From Alphaproteobacteria bacterium (GTDB taxonomy: Bacteria > Pseudomonadota > Alphaproteobacteria > MPNO01), in NCBI GenBank assembly GCA_965248835.1, contig CBDFLJ010000002.1:1952001-2016000 (forward strand): DNA of 64,000 bases, read 5' to 3'. The position numbers were made by a program, and so were the translations under genes. Below, piece by piece: positions 50,114 through 58,627 of the stretch; within the stretch, counting starts at the first letter, position 1; each line of letters starts with the position of its first letter. Under the pieces are notes generated by a model. That model was not told where the DNA came from and did no database searches. It saw nothing but the letters and a program-made list of their open reading frames with translations.

Positions 50114-50419
50114 TCATTCTTCGAGCGCACGCACGACCGCCTCGGGATCGCGCGCGATGACAGTCAGCAGGACACGGGCGGCGCGGTCCGGCACGCGGCG
50201 CCCCTGTTCCCAATCCTGCACGGCGCGGGCATCGAGGCCGAACCGGTCCGCAAACTTCTGGCGACTCAGCTTCATACGCTTGCGGAGCGCGAGAATGTGC
50301 TCTGCAGCGGGATCATCGACAATGCGGCACGGTAGATCTGCTTCGCCGCGTAGGTGGGCAAGAACCTCGCCCAAGGCTGCCTCGACCTCGCGACCCACCT
50401 GGGTTCGTTCCGTCGTCAT
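50114..50419 (-). CDS. higA: HigA-like XRE HTH antitoxin
   Basis: LRKRMKLSRQKFA..FGL..RAVQDWEQGRRVP. Confidence 0.9.
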   Translation of the reverse strand: MTTERTQVGREVEAALGEVLAHLRGEADLPCRIVDDPAAEHILALRKRMKLSRQKFADRFGLDARAVQDWEQGRRVPDRAARVLLTVIARDPEAVVRALEE

Positions 50420-50747
50420 CGATTTGCCTCCTCTTTCTTGATCGCGGCCACCAGCCGCGAAAGGGCCTTCCTGTCTGCAGGCGTCAGGTCTTCGCGGTCG
50501 GCTTTCGCATAAGCTGTCAGCATGTAGATTGCCTCGGGCCCCACGTGGTGGAAGTAGATCGTTCGGATTCCGCCTCGCTTGCCCCGTCCCGATCCCGCCC
50601 AACGTAACTTGCGAATTCCTCCCGTTCCCCGGAGCAAAGGCGCACCGCCGGGATCGGCAACGATGGCAGCCTCCATTTCCCTGCGGTCCGCTTCCGATAT
50701 CAGCTTGCGGATCGCGCGCCGTAGGTCGTAGTGGCAAAGACCCGCAT
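50416..50747 (-). pseudogene. higB: HigB/RelE-type toxin with 1-nt frameshift after codon 9
   Basis: MRVFATTTY| continues as RAIRKLISEADRREMEAAI in a shifted frame; GTGGIRKLRW, GKRGGIRTIY, YAKA; span is 332 nt, one short of 111 codons. Confidence 0.82.
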
Positions 50748-50753
50748 CACTCT

Positions 50754-50782
50754 GATCTGCGGCAATGCCGCAAATATGTCAA
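50754..50782 (-). promoter_or_regulatory. higBA promoter: TTGACA-17nt-CAGATC with TGCGGCA-A-TGCCGCA operator in the spacer
   Basis: Perfect -35 at 50782-50777; palindrome at 50758-50772. Confidence 0.6.
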
Positions 50783-50884
50783 ACGCTTGATTGTAATGAC
50801 GTGGCGCACGGTCGCCTAAGGGCGCGACTGCTTCGCCCCTCGAACGGCCTCCTCTCGCCCCCGACACCTACGGTTCGGAGACGA

Positions 50885-50934
50885 TGTCAACGGCGGTTGA
50901 AGATTCGGCCAAAGGGCGGAGCAAAAGACTGCCA
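50885..50934. mobile_element. Solo IS21-family-like terminal remnant
   Basis: TGTCAAC end followed by tandem imperfect repeats GGCGGTTGAAGATTCGGCCA / GGCGGAGCAAAAGACTGCCA; no istAB. Confidence 0.55.
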
Positions 50935-51042
50935 TCCGCGGGCGTGTCGGCCGGCTTTGGACATTGCCTTCGGTTTGTGCGCTGTAGGGTGTTCGACAAC
51001 CCGCCGGGGCCGGCGCCGCGCTGCGCGTCCGTGTGAACGCGG

Positions 51043-52371
51043 TCAGCGGGTCTTGGCAATGGTCGCGCGCGTGACGGCGCCGTAGAGCACACCCAGCGTT
51101 ACCCCGCGCACGATCATGAAGGCGGTCAAGGACAGCCACAGCCCGTGGTTGCCCCACACGGGGATCATGATCCAGCACGACCCGAGATAGACCGCCAGCG
51201 AGGCGATCATCGCGTTGCGCATCTGGCGGCCGAGCGTGGCGCCGATGAAGATCCCGTCGAGCTGGTAGGCGGCGACCGCGGCCAGCGGCATCGCGACCGA
51301 CCACCACAGGTATGACGCGGCGGTCGTCCTGACCGCCTCGATGCCGGTCAGGAGCGCGATGATCCCCTCGCCCGCCGCGCCGTAGACCAGGGCGAAGGCG
51401 GCGGCACTGGCCAGCGCCCAGATCGAGGAGACCCACACGGCTTCGCGGACCGCGGCACGGTCGCGGGCGCCGACCGCGCGGCCGACCAGCGCCTGGGCGG
51501 CGTGCGCAAACCCGTCCAGGGCATGGGCCATGAAAAGCTGGAAGTTGAGCAGGACCGCATTGGCGGCAAGCACCACGTCGCCCAGCCGCGCGCCCTGGGC
51601 GGTGAAATAGGCGAACGCGAAGACCAGGCAGATCGTCCGCAGGAAGATGTCGAAGTTGAGACCCAGCGTCTGGCGCAGCCGCCCAGGGGCCAGCACAAGC
51701 TCCCGGCTGATCCGGCCGCCGATGGCCGGCCGTGCCCTCAGCGCAAGCCAGACCGCGAGGCCGAACCCCGTATATTCGGCAATCAGCGTGGCCAGCGCGA
51801 CGCCGGCCACGCCCCAGCCGAGGCCGACGACGAAGACCACGTCGAGGACGATGTTGAGCCCGTTCATCCAGATCTGGACGTAGAGCGTCGCTTTGGTGTT
51901 CTGGAGCCCGAGGAACCAGCCGAGGATGACGAAGGTCCCCAGCGCCGCCGGCGCACCCCAGATCCGCGTGGTCACGTAGAGCCTGGCCAGGTCCTCGACC
52001 TCGGCGCTCGCCTCCAGGAGGTCGAAGGCGACGGTAACGATCGCGCCCTGGCCGACCAGCAGGGCTGCCGCGATCGCGCCGGCGATCAGCAGCGCCCGGG
52101 CGCCGGCGGCCAGCACCTCGTCAGCGTCGCGGGCGCCATGCGCCTGAGCGGTAAGCCCGGCGGTGCCCATGCGCAGGAACCCGAAACCCCAATAGAGGAA
52201 ATTGAACACCATCGCGCCGAGCGCCACCGCGCCCAGGTGGCGCGGCTCCGGCAGGTGGCCGACGACCGCGGTATCGACCGCACCCAGCAACGGCACCGAG
52301 ATGTTCGACAGGATGATCGGCAGCGAAAGCCGCCAGACCGCGCGATGGCTTACCGTCGGGGCAGCGGTCAT
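51043..52371 (-). CDS. MATE efflux transporter (DinF-like)
   Basis: PIILSNISVPLLGAVDTAVVGH, FGFLRMGT, ALDGFAHA. Confidence 0.92.
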   Translation of the reverse strand: MTAAPTVSHRAVWRLSLPIILSNISVPLLGAVDTAVVGHLPEPRHLGAVALGAMVFNFLYWGFGFLRMGTAGLTAQAHGARDADEVLAAGARALLIAGAIAAALLVGQGAIVTVAFDLLEASAEVEDLARLYVTTRIWGAPAALGTFVILGWFLGLQNTKATLYVQIWMNGLNIVLDVVFVVGLGWGVAGVALATLIAEYTGFGLAVWLALRARPAIGGRISRELVLAPGRLRQTLGLNFDIFLRTICLVFAFAYFTAQGARLGDVVLAANAVLLNFQLFMAHALDGFAHAAQALVGRAVGARDRAAVREAVWVSSIWALASAAAFALVYGAAGEGIIALLTGIEAVRTTAASYLWWSVAMPLAAVAAYQLDGIFIGATLGRQMRNAMIASLAVYLGSCWIMIPVWGNHGLWLSLTAFMIVRGVTLGVLYGAVTRATIAKTR

Positions 52372-53585
52372 CGCCGGGATGAGCCGGCGCGCATTCCAAA
52401 GACCGTCATGACGGCGCACATCGAGATGCCCGCCAGCGTCAACAGGCCGAGATCGGGCCGGCCGAGGTCCATCAGCCAGCCGATGGCGGGCGGGCCGGCG
52501 GCGAACCCGAGGCTGAGCCCGGTGGAGGTGTAGCCGAAGGCGAGCCCGATCGATTCGGGCGGCGATGCCGCGCGCACCAGGAGGTCGCGCGAGGGGCTGG
52601 CGATGCCCATCAGGAAGCCGCTAAGCGTGATCGCGATCAAGCCGGTGAGATAGCCGCCCCAACCCGGCGCGATGACCGCCAGGCCGAACGCGCCGCCGGC
52701 GATGGTGGCGGAAACCAGCAGATCGTGGTTGCCGATCCGATCGGCGGCGATCCCGCCCAACAGCACGCCGCCGGCCATCGCGGCGAGATAGGCGGTCAGC
52801 GCGAAATTCCCGGCTTCCTGATCGACGCCGAACAGGTCCATCATCATGATCGCGGCGAACGACGTCGCCCCGCCGACCGTCATCGAGGTCAGCATGAAAT
52901 AGAGGAACAGCGCGATCATGACGGGCGAGACCATCATGGAGACGATCTGCTTTGGGCTCTGCCATTCGCGGTTCCGGCGCGGCAGGGCGGTCCCGCCGCC
53001 GTCCTCGTCGAACGCGGCAGCGCGCCACTGGATCACCGCGGCGATCGCCAGCCCCACCGCACCGAGCGCGATCAGCGCGCCGCGCCAGCCCAACGGGATG
53101 CTGAGCGCCAGCATGGTCACCGGGGCGATCGCCCAGCCGACATAGCCGACGAAGGCATGGACGCTGACCGCGCGGCCGAGATAACCCTCGTCGATGCGCT
53201 GGGACAGGATCGCATAGTCGGCCGGATGAAAGACGCTGTTGGCCAGCCCGGCGATTGCCATCATCGCCATCAGAGGCCAGTAGCCGCCGAAAACCCCGGC
53301 GCCGACGAAGGCCCCGCCCAGGCAGGCCAACCCCAGCACCAGGATCAGCCGCCCTCCGAACCGGTCGACCAGGATGCCGACCGGGATCTGTCCGACGCTG
53401 GACGCAACGGCGAAAGCGGAGATCAACGCCCCCAGCGCGAGGTAGCTTGCCCCCAGCGCCTGGTGCAGTTGCAGGAACAGCGGCGCCAGCGCGATCGAGG
53501 TCAAGTGGCTGTAGCAGTGGCCGGCGCCGATCAGCGAGATGACGATGCGCTGCCCGGCGACGGTCCCGGCAGCTTGCGTGCTCAA
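52368..53585 (-). CDS. MFS transporter (Fsr-like)
   Basis: GILVDRFG, ANSVFHPADY, PSRDLLVR. Confidence 0.88.
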   Translation of the reverse strand: MSTQAAGTVAGQRIVISLIGAGHCYSHLTSIALAPLFLQLHQALGASYLALGALISAFAVASSVGQIPVGILVDRFGGRLILVLGLACLGGAFVGAGVFGGYWPLMAMMAIAGLANSVFHPADYAILSQRIDEGYLGRAVSVHAFVGYVGWAIAPVTMLALSIPLGWRGALIALGAVGLAIAAVIQWRAAAFDEDGGGTALPRRNREWQSPKQIVSMMVSPVMIALFLYFMLTSMTVGGATSFAAIMMMDLFGVDQEAGNFALTAYLAAMAGGVLLGGIAADRIGNHDLLVSATIAGGAFGLAVIAPGWGGYLTGLIAITLSGFLMGIASPSRDLLVRAASPPESIGLAFGYTSTGLSLGFAAGPPAIGWLMDLGRPDLGLLTLAGISMCAVMTVFGMRAGSSRR

Positions 53586-54142
53586 TTGCCTTGCTCGACG
53601 TCCTTTGCCACCCGCATGCGGACGATCTTGTCGGGGTCGGTCACCACGCCGCCGCGGCGTTCGTCGCCGCGCTTGAGCCGGTCGATGAGCGCCATGCCGG
53701 AGCTCACCTTGCCCCAGACCGTGTACTGGCGGTCGAGATGCGGTGCGGGCGCGAGCATGATGAAGAACTGGCTGTCGGCGCTGTCGGGGTCCTGGGTGCG
53801 CGCCATGGAGGTCACCCCCCGGACATGGGGCGCATCGGAGAACTCCGCCGGGAGCTTGTTGCCCGACCCGCCCGAGCCGGTGCCGGTGGGATCGCCGCCC
53901 TGAGCCATGAAGCCTTCGATCACGCGGTGGAACACGACGCCGTCGTAAAACCCCTCGCGCGTGAGCCGCTTGATCTGCGCGACGTGCTTGGGCGCCAGGT
54001 CGGGGCGCATCTCGATCACCACGCGGCCGGCATCGAGGTCCATGTAGAGCGTATTTTCGAGATCGGCGGCGGGACTATCGGTGGTCATGGTCAGGAACCC
54101 CAGCAGAAGGCCGACGACTGCGGCCGGGTGAAAGCCTCTCAT
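53582..54142 (-). CDS. Cyclophilin-type peptidyl-prolyl isomerase (exported)
   Basis: FYDGVVFHRVIEGFMAQGGDPTGTG, SMART, SQFFI, YTVWG. Confidence 0.93.
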   Translation of the reverse strand: MRGFHPAAVVGLLLGFLTMTTDSPAADLENTLYMDLDAGRVVIEMRPDLAPKHVAQIKRLTREGFYDGVVFHRVIEGFMAQGGDPTGTGSGGSGNKLPAEFSDAPHVRGVTSMARTQDPDSADSQFFIMLAPAPHLDRQYTVWGKVSSGMALIDRLKRGDERRGGVVTDPDKIVRMRVAKDVEQGN

Positions 54143-54199
54143 GGCACCTCGCAGTCCGATCGGCTGGCTGTGCGCAACTTAGCGGAGCCTCGGCGCGCG

Positions 54200-55195
54200 T
54201 CAAACGCGGAACACGCTCTGAACTTCCTTGAGATACAGGTCCTCGGGCTTGAGTTCCCTGTGGCAAAGGCCTTGCTCGAAGCAGTATTGCAGGAAGGCCT
54301 CGATGGTGGTCCGGTTGGGCTCGATGCCGTAGGGCCAGTAGTCGCCGCCCGGGAAAATCTCCTCGCCCAGCGTGGCGAGCGTGTCGTAGATCCACGGCAC
54401 CGGGATCTGCGAATGGGTGATGCTGCGCAGCCGCTCGATGCTGCGGCGTTTGGCGTCCTCGAACCCGTTGAGGAGGTTCATCGCGATCCACGGGTTGCGC
54501 TCGTAGGTCTGCCGCTTGATCGCGACCGTGTGCATGATCGGATAGATCCCGGTGCGCCTGAAATAGTCTTCCTCGGCGCTGCGGTAATCGGCAATCAGCC
54601 GCTTGATTCCCGGATCGCCGTCAAGGAACCGGCGCGGCGGGCGGGCGGAAACCAGGGCGTCGATGTCGCCGGCGATCAGCATCTCGCTGAGCGAGCGGTC
54701 GGCCACCTGGCGGTAGCGGATGTTGTCGGGCAGCTTCAGGTGGGCAAGCTCGATACGGCCCGGCTCGTTGACGCCGGCCTGCACCCATTCCACCGCATCG
54801 AGCGGGATGCCGACATCGTGCGCCAGCCAGCCGCGGGCATAGACGGTCGCGGTCTGCGACCATTCCGGGATGCCGATGCGCTTGTCGGCAAGGTCGGCGG
54901 GCGTCTGGACCGGGCCGTCGGTCCTGACATACCACGCCGAGTGGCGGAAGACGCGGCTGACCATGACGGGAATGCCGACGATCGGCGGATCGGGCTGGGA
55001 CATGAGCGAGCAGTATTTGGCGAACGACAACTCCGAGACGTCCCACTCGAAGGAGCTGGCAAAGCGGAAGAAGATCTCCTCGACGTCCAGATTGAGCCAG
55101 GTCAACTCGATGCCTTCCGCCTTGACCTTGCCCTGCAACAGATCGCGGGTGTGGTCGTACTCGTCCATCGCAAGGGTAAGGTGAATGTCGGCCAT
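54200..55195 (-). CDS. 4,5-dihydroxyphthalate decarboxylase-like (PBP2-fold) protein, paralog 3
   Basis: LTLAMDEYDHTRDL, WDVSELS, IGIPEWSQTA, YPIMHTV, WPYGIEPNR. Confidence 0.82.
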   Translation of the reverse strand: MADIHLTLAMDEYDHTRDLLQGKVKAEGIELTWLNLDVEEIFFRFASSFEWDVSELSFAKYCSLMSQPDPPIVGIPVMVSRVFRHSAWYVRTDGPVQTPADLADKRIGIPEWSQTATVYARGWLAHDVGIPLDAVEWVQAGVNEPGRIELAHLKLPDNIRYRQVADRSLSEMLIAGDIDALVSARPPRRFLDGDPGIKRLIADYRSAEEDYFRRTGIYPIMHTVAIKRQTYERNPWIAMNLLNGFEDAKRRSIERLRSITHSQIPVPWIYDTLATLGEEIFPGGDYWPYGIEPNRTTIEAFLQYCFEQGLCHRELKPEDLYLKEVQSVFRV

Positions 55196-55345
55196 CGCTG
55201 TCCCCGCCTGCCGGTTTCCGGTCGCGGGGCGAGAGTGCATGCTCGCCGCCACGCTGGCAATGGGCGGCGAGGAAGCGGGTGCGGGCGCGGCACATGCGCG
55301 CTATGCTCTTCACCGAGACCGAAGACCCGCGGGGAGCGGACCAGG

Positions 55346-56257
55346 ATGTCGAAACGACCGCAGATCGATCCGCAGGCGGCCAAGGAAGAGATCGTCGCCT
55401 ATTGCAAGCGCAAGGGCGCGCTGGCGGTCGGCGTCGCCGACGTCGAGGCGCTGGAGAGGATCGCCCCGCCGGGCCACCGGCCGTCGGACCTCATGCCCAA
55501 GGTGAAATCGGTGATCGCACTGGGCGTCGGCGGGCAGACCCAGGGCGCCTGGGCGCTGCCGGCCAAGGCCCTGGGCTATTTCGGCAGCACCGAGACCAGG
55601 GCGTATTCGATCTCCTACGGCTGCGCGTTCTTCATCGAGAACAGGTTCGGCAAGCGCGCAGTCTATTGTCCGCCGGACATGGACACCGAGTCCGGGCCGC
55701 GCGTGCCGTTGCAGAGCCTGAAGCTCCATGCCGAGGTGGCCGGGATCGGCGCCCGGTCGCTTGCCGGCGACATCCTGCTGCACCCGGAGTTCGGCTACAT
55801 GTATTTCGCCTCGGTCTTTACCGAGCTCGCGCTTCCGCCCGATTCGCCGATGGAGGACAACCCCTGCCCCGCGCCGTCCTGCGTCAGCCTCTACCGCAAG
55901 ACCGGCCAGACGCCGTGCATGAAGTTCTGCCCGGTCCAGTGCCTGTCGGGCGAGATCGACGCGGACGGCAACCAGGCGATGATGCGCTACGACATGGCGG
56001 CATGCGCGGAGATGACCCAGCAGTTCGAGGCGGTTCCCTCGATGATCGCCGATGCGGTGACCGCCGAGGACGCCCAGGCGCGCGAGGATGCGCTGTTCGA
56101 CGCCGACAACAAGATCCTCTGGTACAAGATGTCGGTCGGCACCGGAGGGTTGTTGGGTCAATGTTTCGAATGCATGCGGGTCTGTCCGATCGCCAACCAG
56201 GCGCCGATGGCCGATCCGATCCGCCGCTTCGAGACGGCGCTCGAAGCCGAAGACTGA
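55346..56257 (+). CDS. QueG/reductive-dehalogenase-like protein with two 4Fe-4S motifs
   Basis: GALAVGVAD, P.DLMP..KSVI, SLKLHAEVAGIG, LLHPEFG, SVFTEL.LPPD, C-x4-C-x11-C-x3-CP and C...CFECMRVCP. Confidence 0.78.
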   Translation: MSKRPQIDPQAAKEEIVAYCKRKGALAVGVADVEALERIAPPGHRPSDLMPKVKSVIALGVGGQTQGAWALPAKALGYFGSTETRAYSISYGCAFFIENRFGKRAVYCPPDMDTESGPRVPLQSLKLHAEVAGIGARSLAGDILLHPEFGYMYFASVFTELALPPDSPMEDNPCPAPSCVSLYRKTGQTPCMKFCPVQCLSGEIDADGNQAMMRYDMAACAEMTQQFEAVPSMIADAVTAEDAQAREDALFDADNKILWYKMSVGTGGLLGQCFECMRVCPIANQAPMADPIRRFETALEAED

Positions 56258-56260
56258 GCG

Positions 56261-57763
56261 ATGACCCGCGGGCTCAACCGGCGCCAGATGGGCCTGACCG
56301 AGGCAATGGTCGAGGCCTACGGCGATACCGTCTGGGAGCTCAGCCACAACATCCAGGTCCGCATCGGCGATCCCGTCCGAATGCTCGACTGGGAGCAGAT
56401 CGAGCGCCAGCGGCCGGGCACCGGCATGTCCGATGGACAGATCGCCGAGAAGATCGGACTGACCCGCGATCAGGTCACCCATATCCGGCTCCTGCTCGAA
56501 CACCGCCGTTTCCAGCGCGACCATTACCACCGCCTCTACAAGCTGGGCGGCGGCAAGCGCTACCGGGCGGACCGCCGGGACGGCCCCGAGGATCGGCAAC
56601 CGCTGAGCGATCAAGCGATGGCGCTGCGCGAGGCGCTCGACTTCGACCCGCGTGAGGTCGACCGCTATCTGCGCACCGGGCTGTGGGCGGCATCGACTCC
56701 GGCGAGCCGGCTGCGGGCGCTGGCCGCCGATCTCGGCGACCGGCCTGCGCTGATCACCGCCGCGGGCACGCTCGACTATGCCGCGCTGCACGCCGATGCG
56801 GAGCGCGCCGCCTGCCGGATGAGGCAGCGCGGACTCGGGCGGGGCGAGGTCGTCGCGGTGGAGGTCGTCGCGGTGGAGGTCGGCGCGCTGGCGCCGCTGG
56901 TGCTGGCCTATTGCGCGGTATCGCTCGCCGGCGCGGTGCTTTGCGTGCTGCCCGCCGGCCTCGGCGAGAAAGCGCGGCGCGACTGCCTGACCAGGGCCTC
57001 GGCGGTCGGGCTGTTCGCCGACCTCGCCGAGGGGGCGCCGGACGAGGACGCGCCAGCCGAACCGGAGCCCGCCCCGGTCGCCAGCGACCCGTTGGCGGTG
57101 CTGTTCGCCGAGCCCGGCACGCCGCGCGCCGTCGTCCACAATTCCCATACCCTGCTCGCCGGTATCGACGCGGTCGCGGCCGGCTACGGCCTGTCGGCGG
57201 ACGACCGTCTGGCGGTCGGCAGCGGCGTCGACGGGGCGGCGGCGCTGGTGGCAGTCAACCTCGCGCTTGCCAGCGGTGCGGCGCTCGACGACACCGGCGG
57301 CCGCGCGACGGTGGCGTTCTGCGCCGACGGCGCCGCGCCGCCATCGTCCGCCGATCTGAGGCTGGTCGTTGCGACCGGCCGGGAAGCGGCCGCGCTCGAA
57401 GCCCGCCTGGGCACCGTCCCGGTCTGCCGCGCTTGCATGAGTGCGGAGGCCCAGCTCATGTTCACGGCCAGGCCCGAAGACGACGCGGCGGTCCGCCACG
57501 CGACCGTCGGGATGCCGAACCCCGCGATGTCGGCCCGCGTCGTCGCCGATGACGGCGATGTCCTGGCGGCGGGCAGCGAAGGCGCGCTCGAGATCCGCGG
57601 CGCGAACCTCGCCCCGTCCTATCTCGGCGACGACAGGGCGAACCGCACCGCGTTCAGCGGCGATCGCTGGCTGCGCACCGGGCTTCGCTGCGTGATCCAT
57701 CCCGGCGGTGCGGTCGAACCGCTGGATGGAATTCCGGCTGTTCAATTTCGCCGCTCGGGTTGA
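56261..57763 (+). CDS. HTH-like domain fused to degenerate AMP-binding (adenylation) domain
   Basis: SDGQIAEKIGLTRDQV HTH-like motif; then CoA-ligase-like YLRTGLW, TVGMP, GALEIRG, WLRTG with eroded catalytic motifs. Confidence 0.65.
   Translation: MTRGLNRRQMGLTEAMVEAYGDTVWELSHNIQVRIGDPVRMLDWEQIERQRPGTGMSDGQIAEKIGLTRDQVTHIRLLLEHRRFQRDHYHRLYKLGGGKRYRADRRDGPEDRQPLSDQAMALREALDFDPREVDRYLRTGLWAASTPASRLRALAADLGDRPALITAAGTLDYAALHADAERAACRMRQRGLGRGEVVAVEVVAVEVGALAPLVLAYCAVSLAGAVLCVLPAGLGEKARRDCLTRASAVGLFADLAEGAPDEDAPAEPEPAPVASDPLAVLFAEPGTPRAVVHNSHTLLAGIDAVAAGYGLSADDRLAVGSGVDGAAALVAVNLALASGAALDDTGGRATVAFCADGAAPPSSADLRLVVATGREAAALEARLGTVPVCRACMSAEAQLMFTARPEDDAAVRHATVGMPNPAMSARVVADDGDVLAAGSEGALEIRGANLAPSYLGDDRANRTAFSGDRWLRTGLRCVIHPGGAVEPLDGIPAVQFRRSG
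56846..56882. repeat. In-frame 15-bp tandem duplication GAGGTCGTCGCGGTG (EVVAV x2)
   Basis: Two perfect copies plus a partial GAGGTCG. Confidence 0.85.
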
Positions 57764-57822
57764 GAGATCGATCAACCGGACCGGCCGCGCCGCCTGACCC
57801 GGGCGGGGGGAGGATTTCAGCT

Positions 57823-58509
57823 ATGGATCTCGTGGTCGCGCCGCTGCCGCCGCCGACCGTGGGCGTCGCGGGCCAATCGGCGCGGTTCCCGGTCCGCCGG
57901 ATCTACACGATCGGCCGGAACTATGCCGCCCATGCGCGCGAAACCGGCCTCGGCGGGGCGGCCGGCTCGAAACCCGGCATATCGCTCAAACCGGCGGACT
58001 CGATCGCAGCCGCCGGGCGGATCGCCTACCCGCCCGGCACCGACCGGCTGGAGCCGGAGGTCGAGATGGTCGTGGCGATCGGTACCGGCGGGGCCGACAT
58101 CGCACGGCCGGACGCGCTCGGCCATGTTTATGGCTATGCGGTCGGGTTCGACCTGATCCGCCGCGACATCATGCACGCCTGCATCGCAGACCAGCACTCC
58201 TGGGACCTCTGCAAGAGCTTCGACGGCGCCTCTCCGATCAGCGCGATCGCCCCGGCCGCGGCCATCGGCCACCCCGATAGCGGCGCGATAACGCTGGACA
58301 TCAACGGAACCGTGCGCCAGCGCGGCGACCTCTCGGACATGATCTGGGACGTGCCGGAGATCATCGTACGCCTGTCCGCGCTCAGCCGGCTGGAGCCCGG
58401 CGACCTGGTGTATACCGGCACGCCCAAGGGGCCCGGACCGGTGGTGCGCGGCGACCGCCTCGATGGAAGGGTGGACGGGATCGCCACGCTGTCGGTCACG
58501 ATCGTGTGA
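57823..58509 (+). CDS. Fumarylacetoacetate hydrolase family (fumarylpyruvate hydrolase-like)
   Basis: FPVRRIY.IGRNYAAHARE, EVE, DLIRRD, KSFD, GDLVYTGTP. Confidence 0.88.
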   Translation: MDLVVAPLPPPTVGVAGQSARFPVRRIYTIGRNYAAHARETGLGGAAGSKPGISLKPADSIAAAGRIAYPPGTDRLEPEVEMVVAIGTGGADIARPDALGHVYGYAVGFDLIRRDIMHACIADQHSWDLCKSFDGASPISAIAPAAAIGHPDSGAITLDINGTVRQRGDLSDMIWDVPEIIVRLSALSRLEPGDLVYTGTPKGPGPVVRGDRLDGRVDGIATLSVTIV

Positions 58510-58627
58510 ATGCCCGGCGCGCGGCGGCGGGATCGGTGATTTCGCGCCGTGCGTTTTTCGATCCCGCGCATCGCCGCTCACCCGTTCTCGGCTTAACAAC
58601 CTCATGATGCCGCGCTACCATCACTCC

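Noticed and set aside
47189-51042. Intact prophage/ICE with attL/attR
   Set aside because: No integrase, and no repeat of the tRNA-Asn 3' end found by eye.
55196-55345. Cobalamin riboswitch upstream of the reductase
   Set aside because: No B12-box or conserved riboswitch core recognisable on either strand.
55346-56257. Canonical queG or respiratory rdhA
   Set aside because: Atypical Cys spacing, no Tat signal, no rdhB, and a catabolic context; only superfamily-level support.
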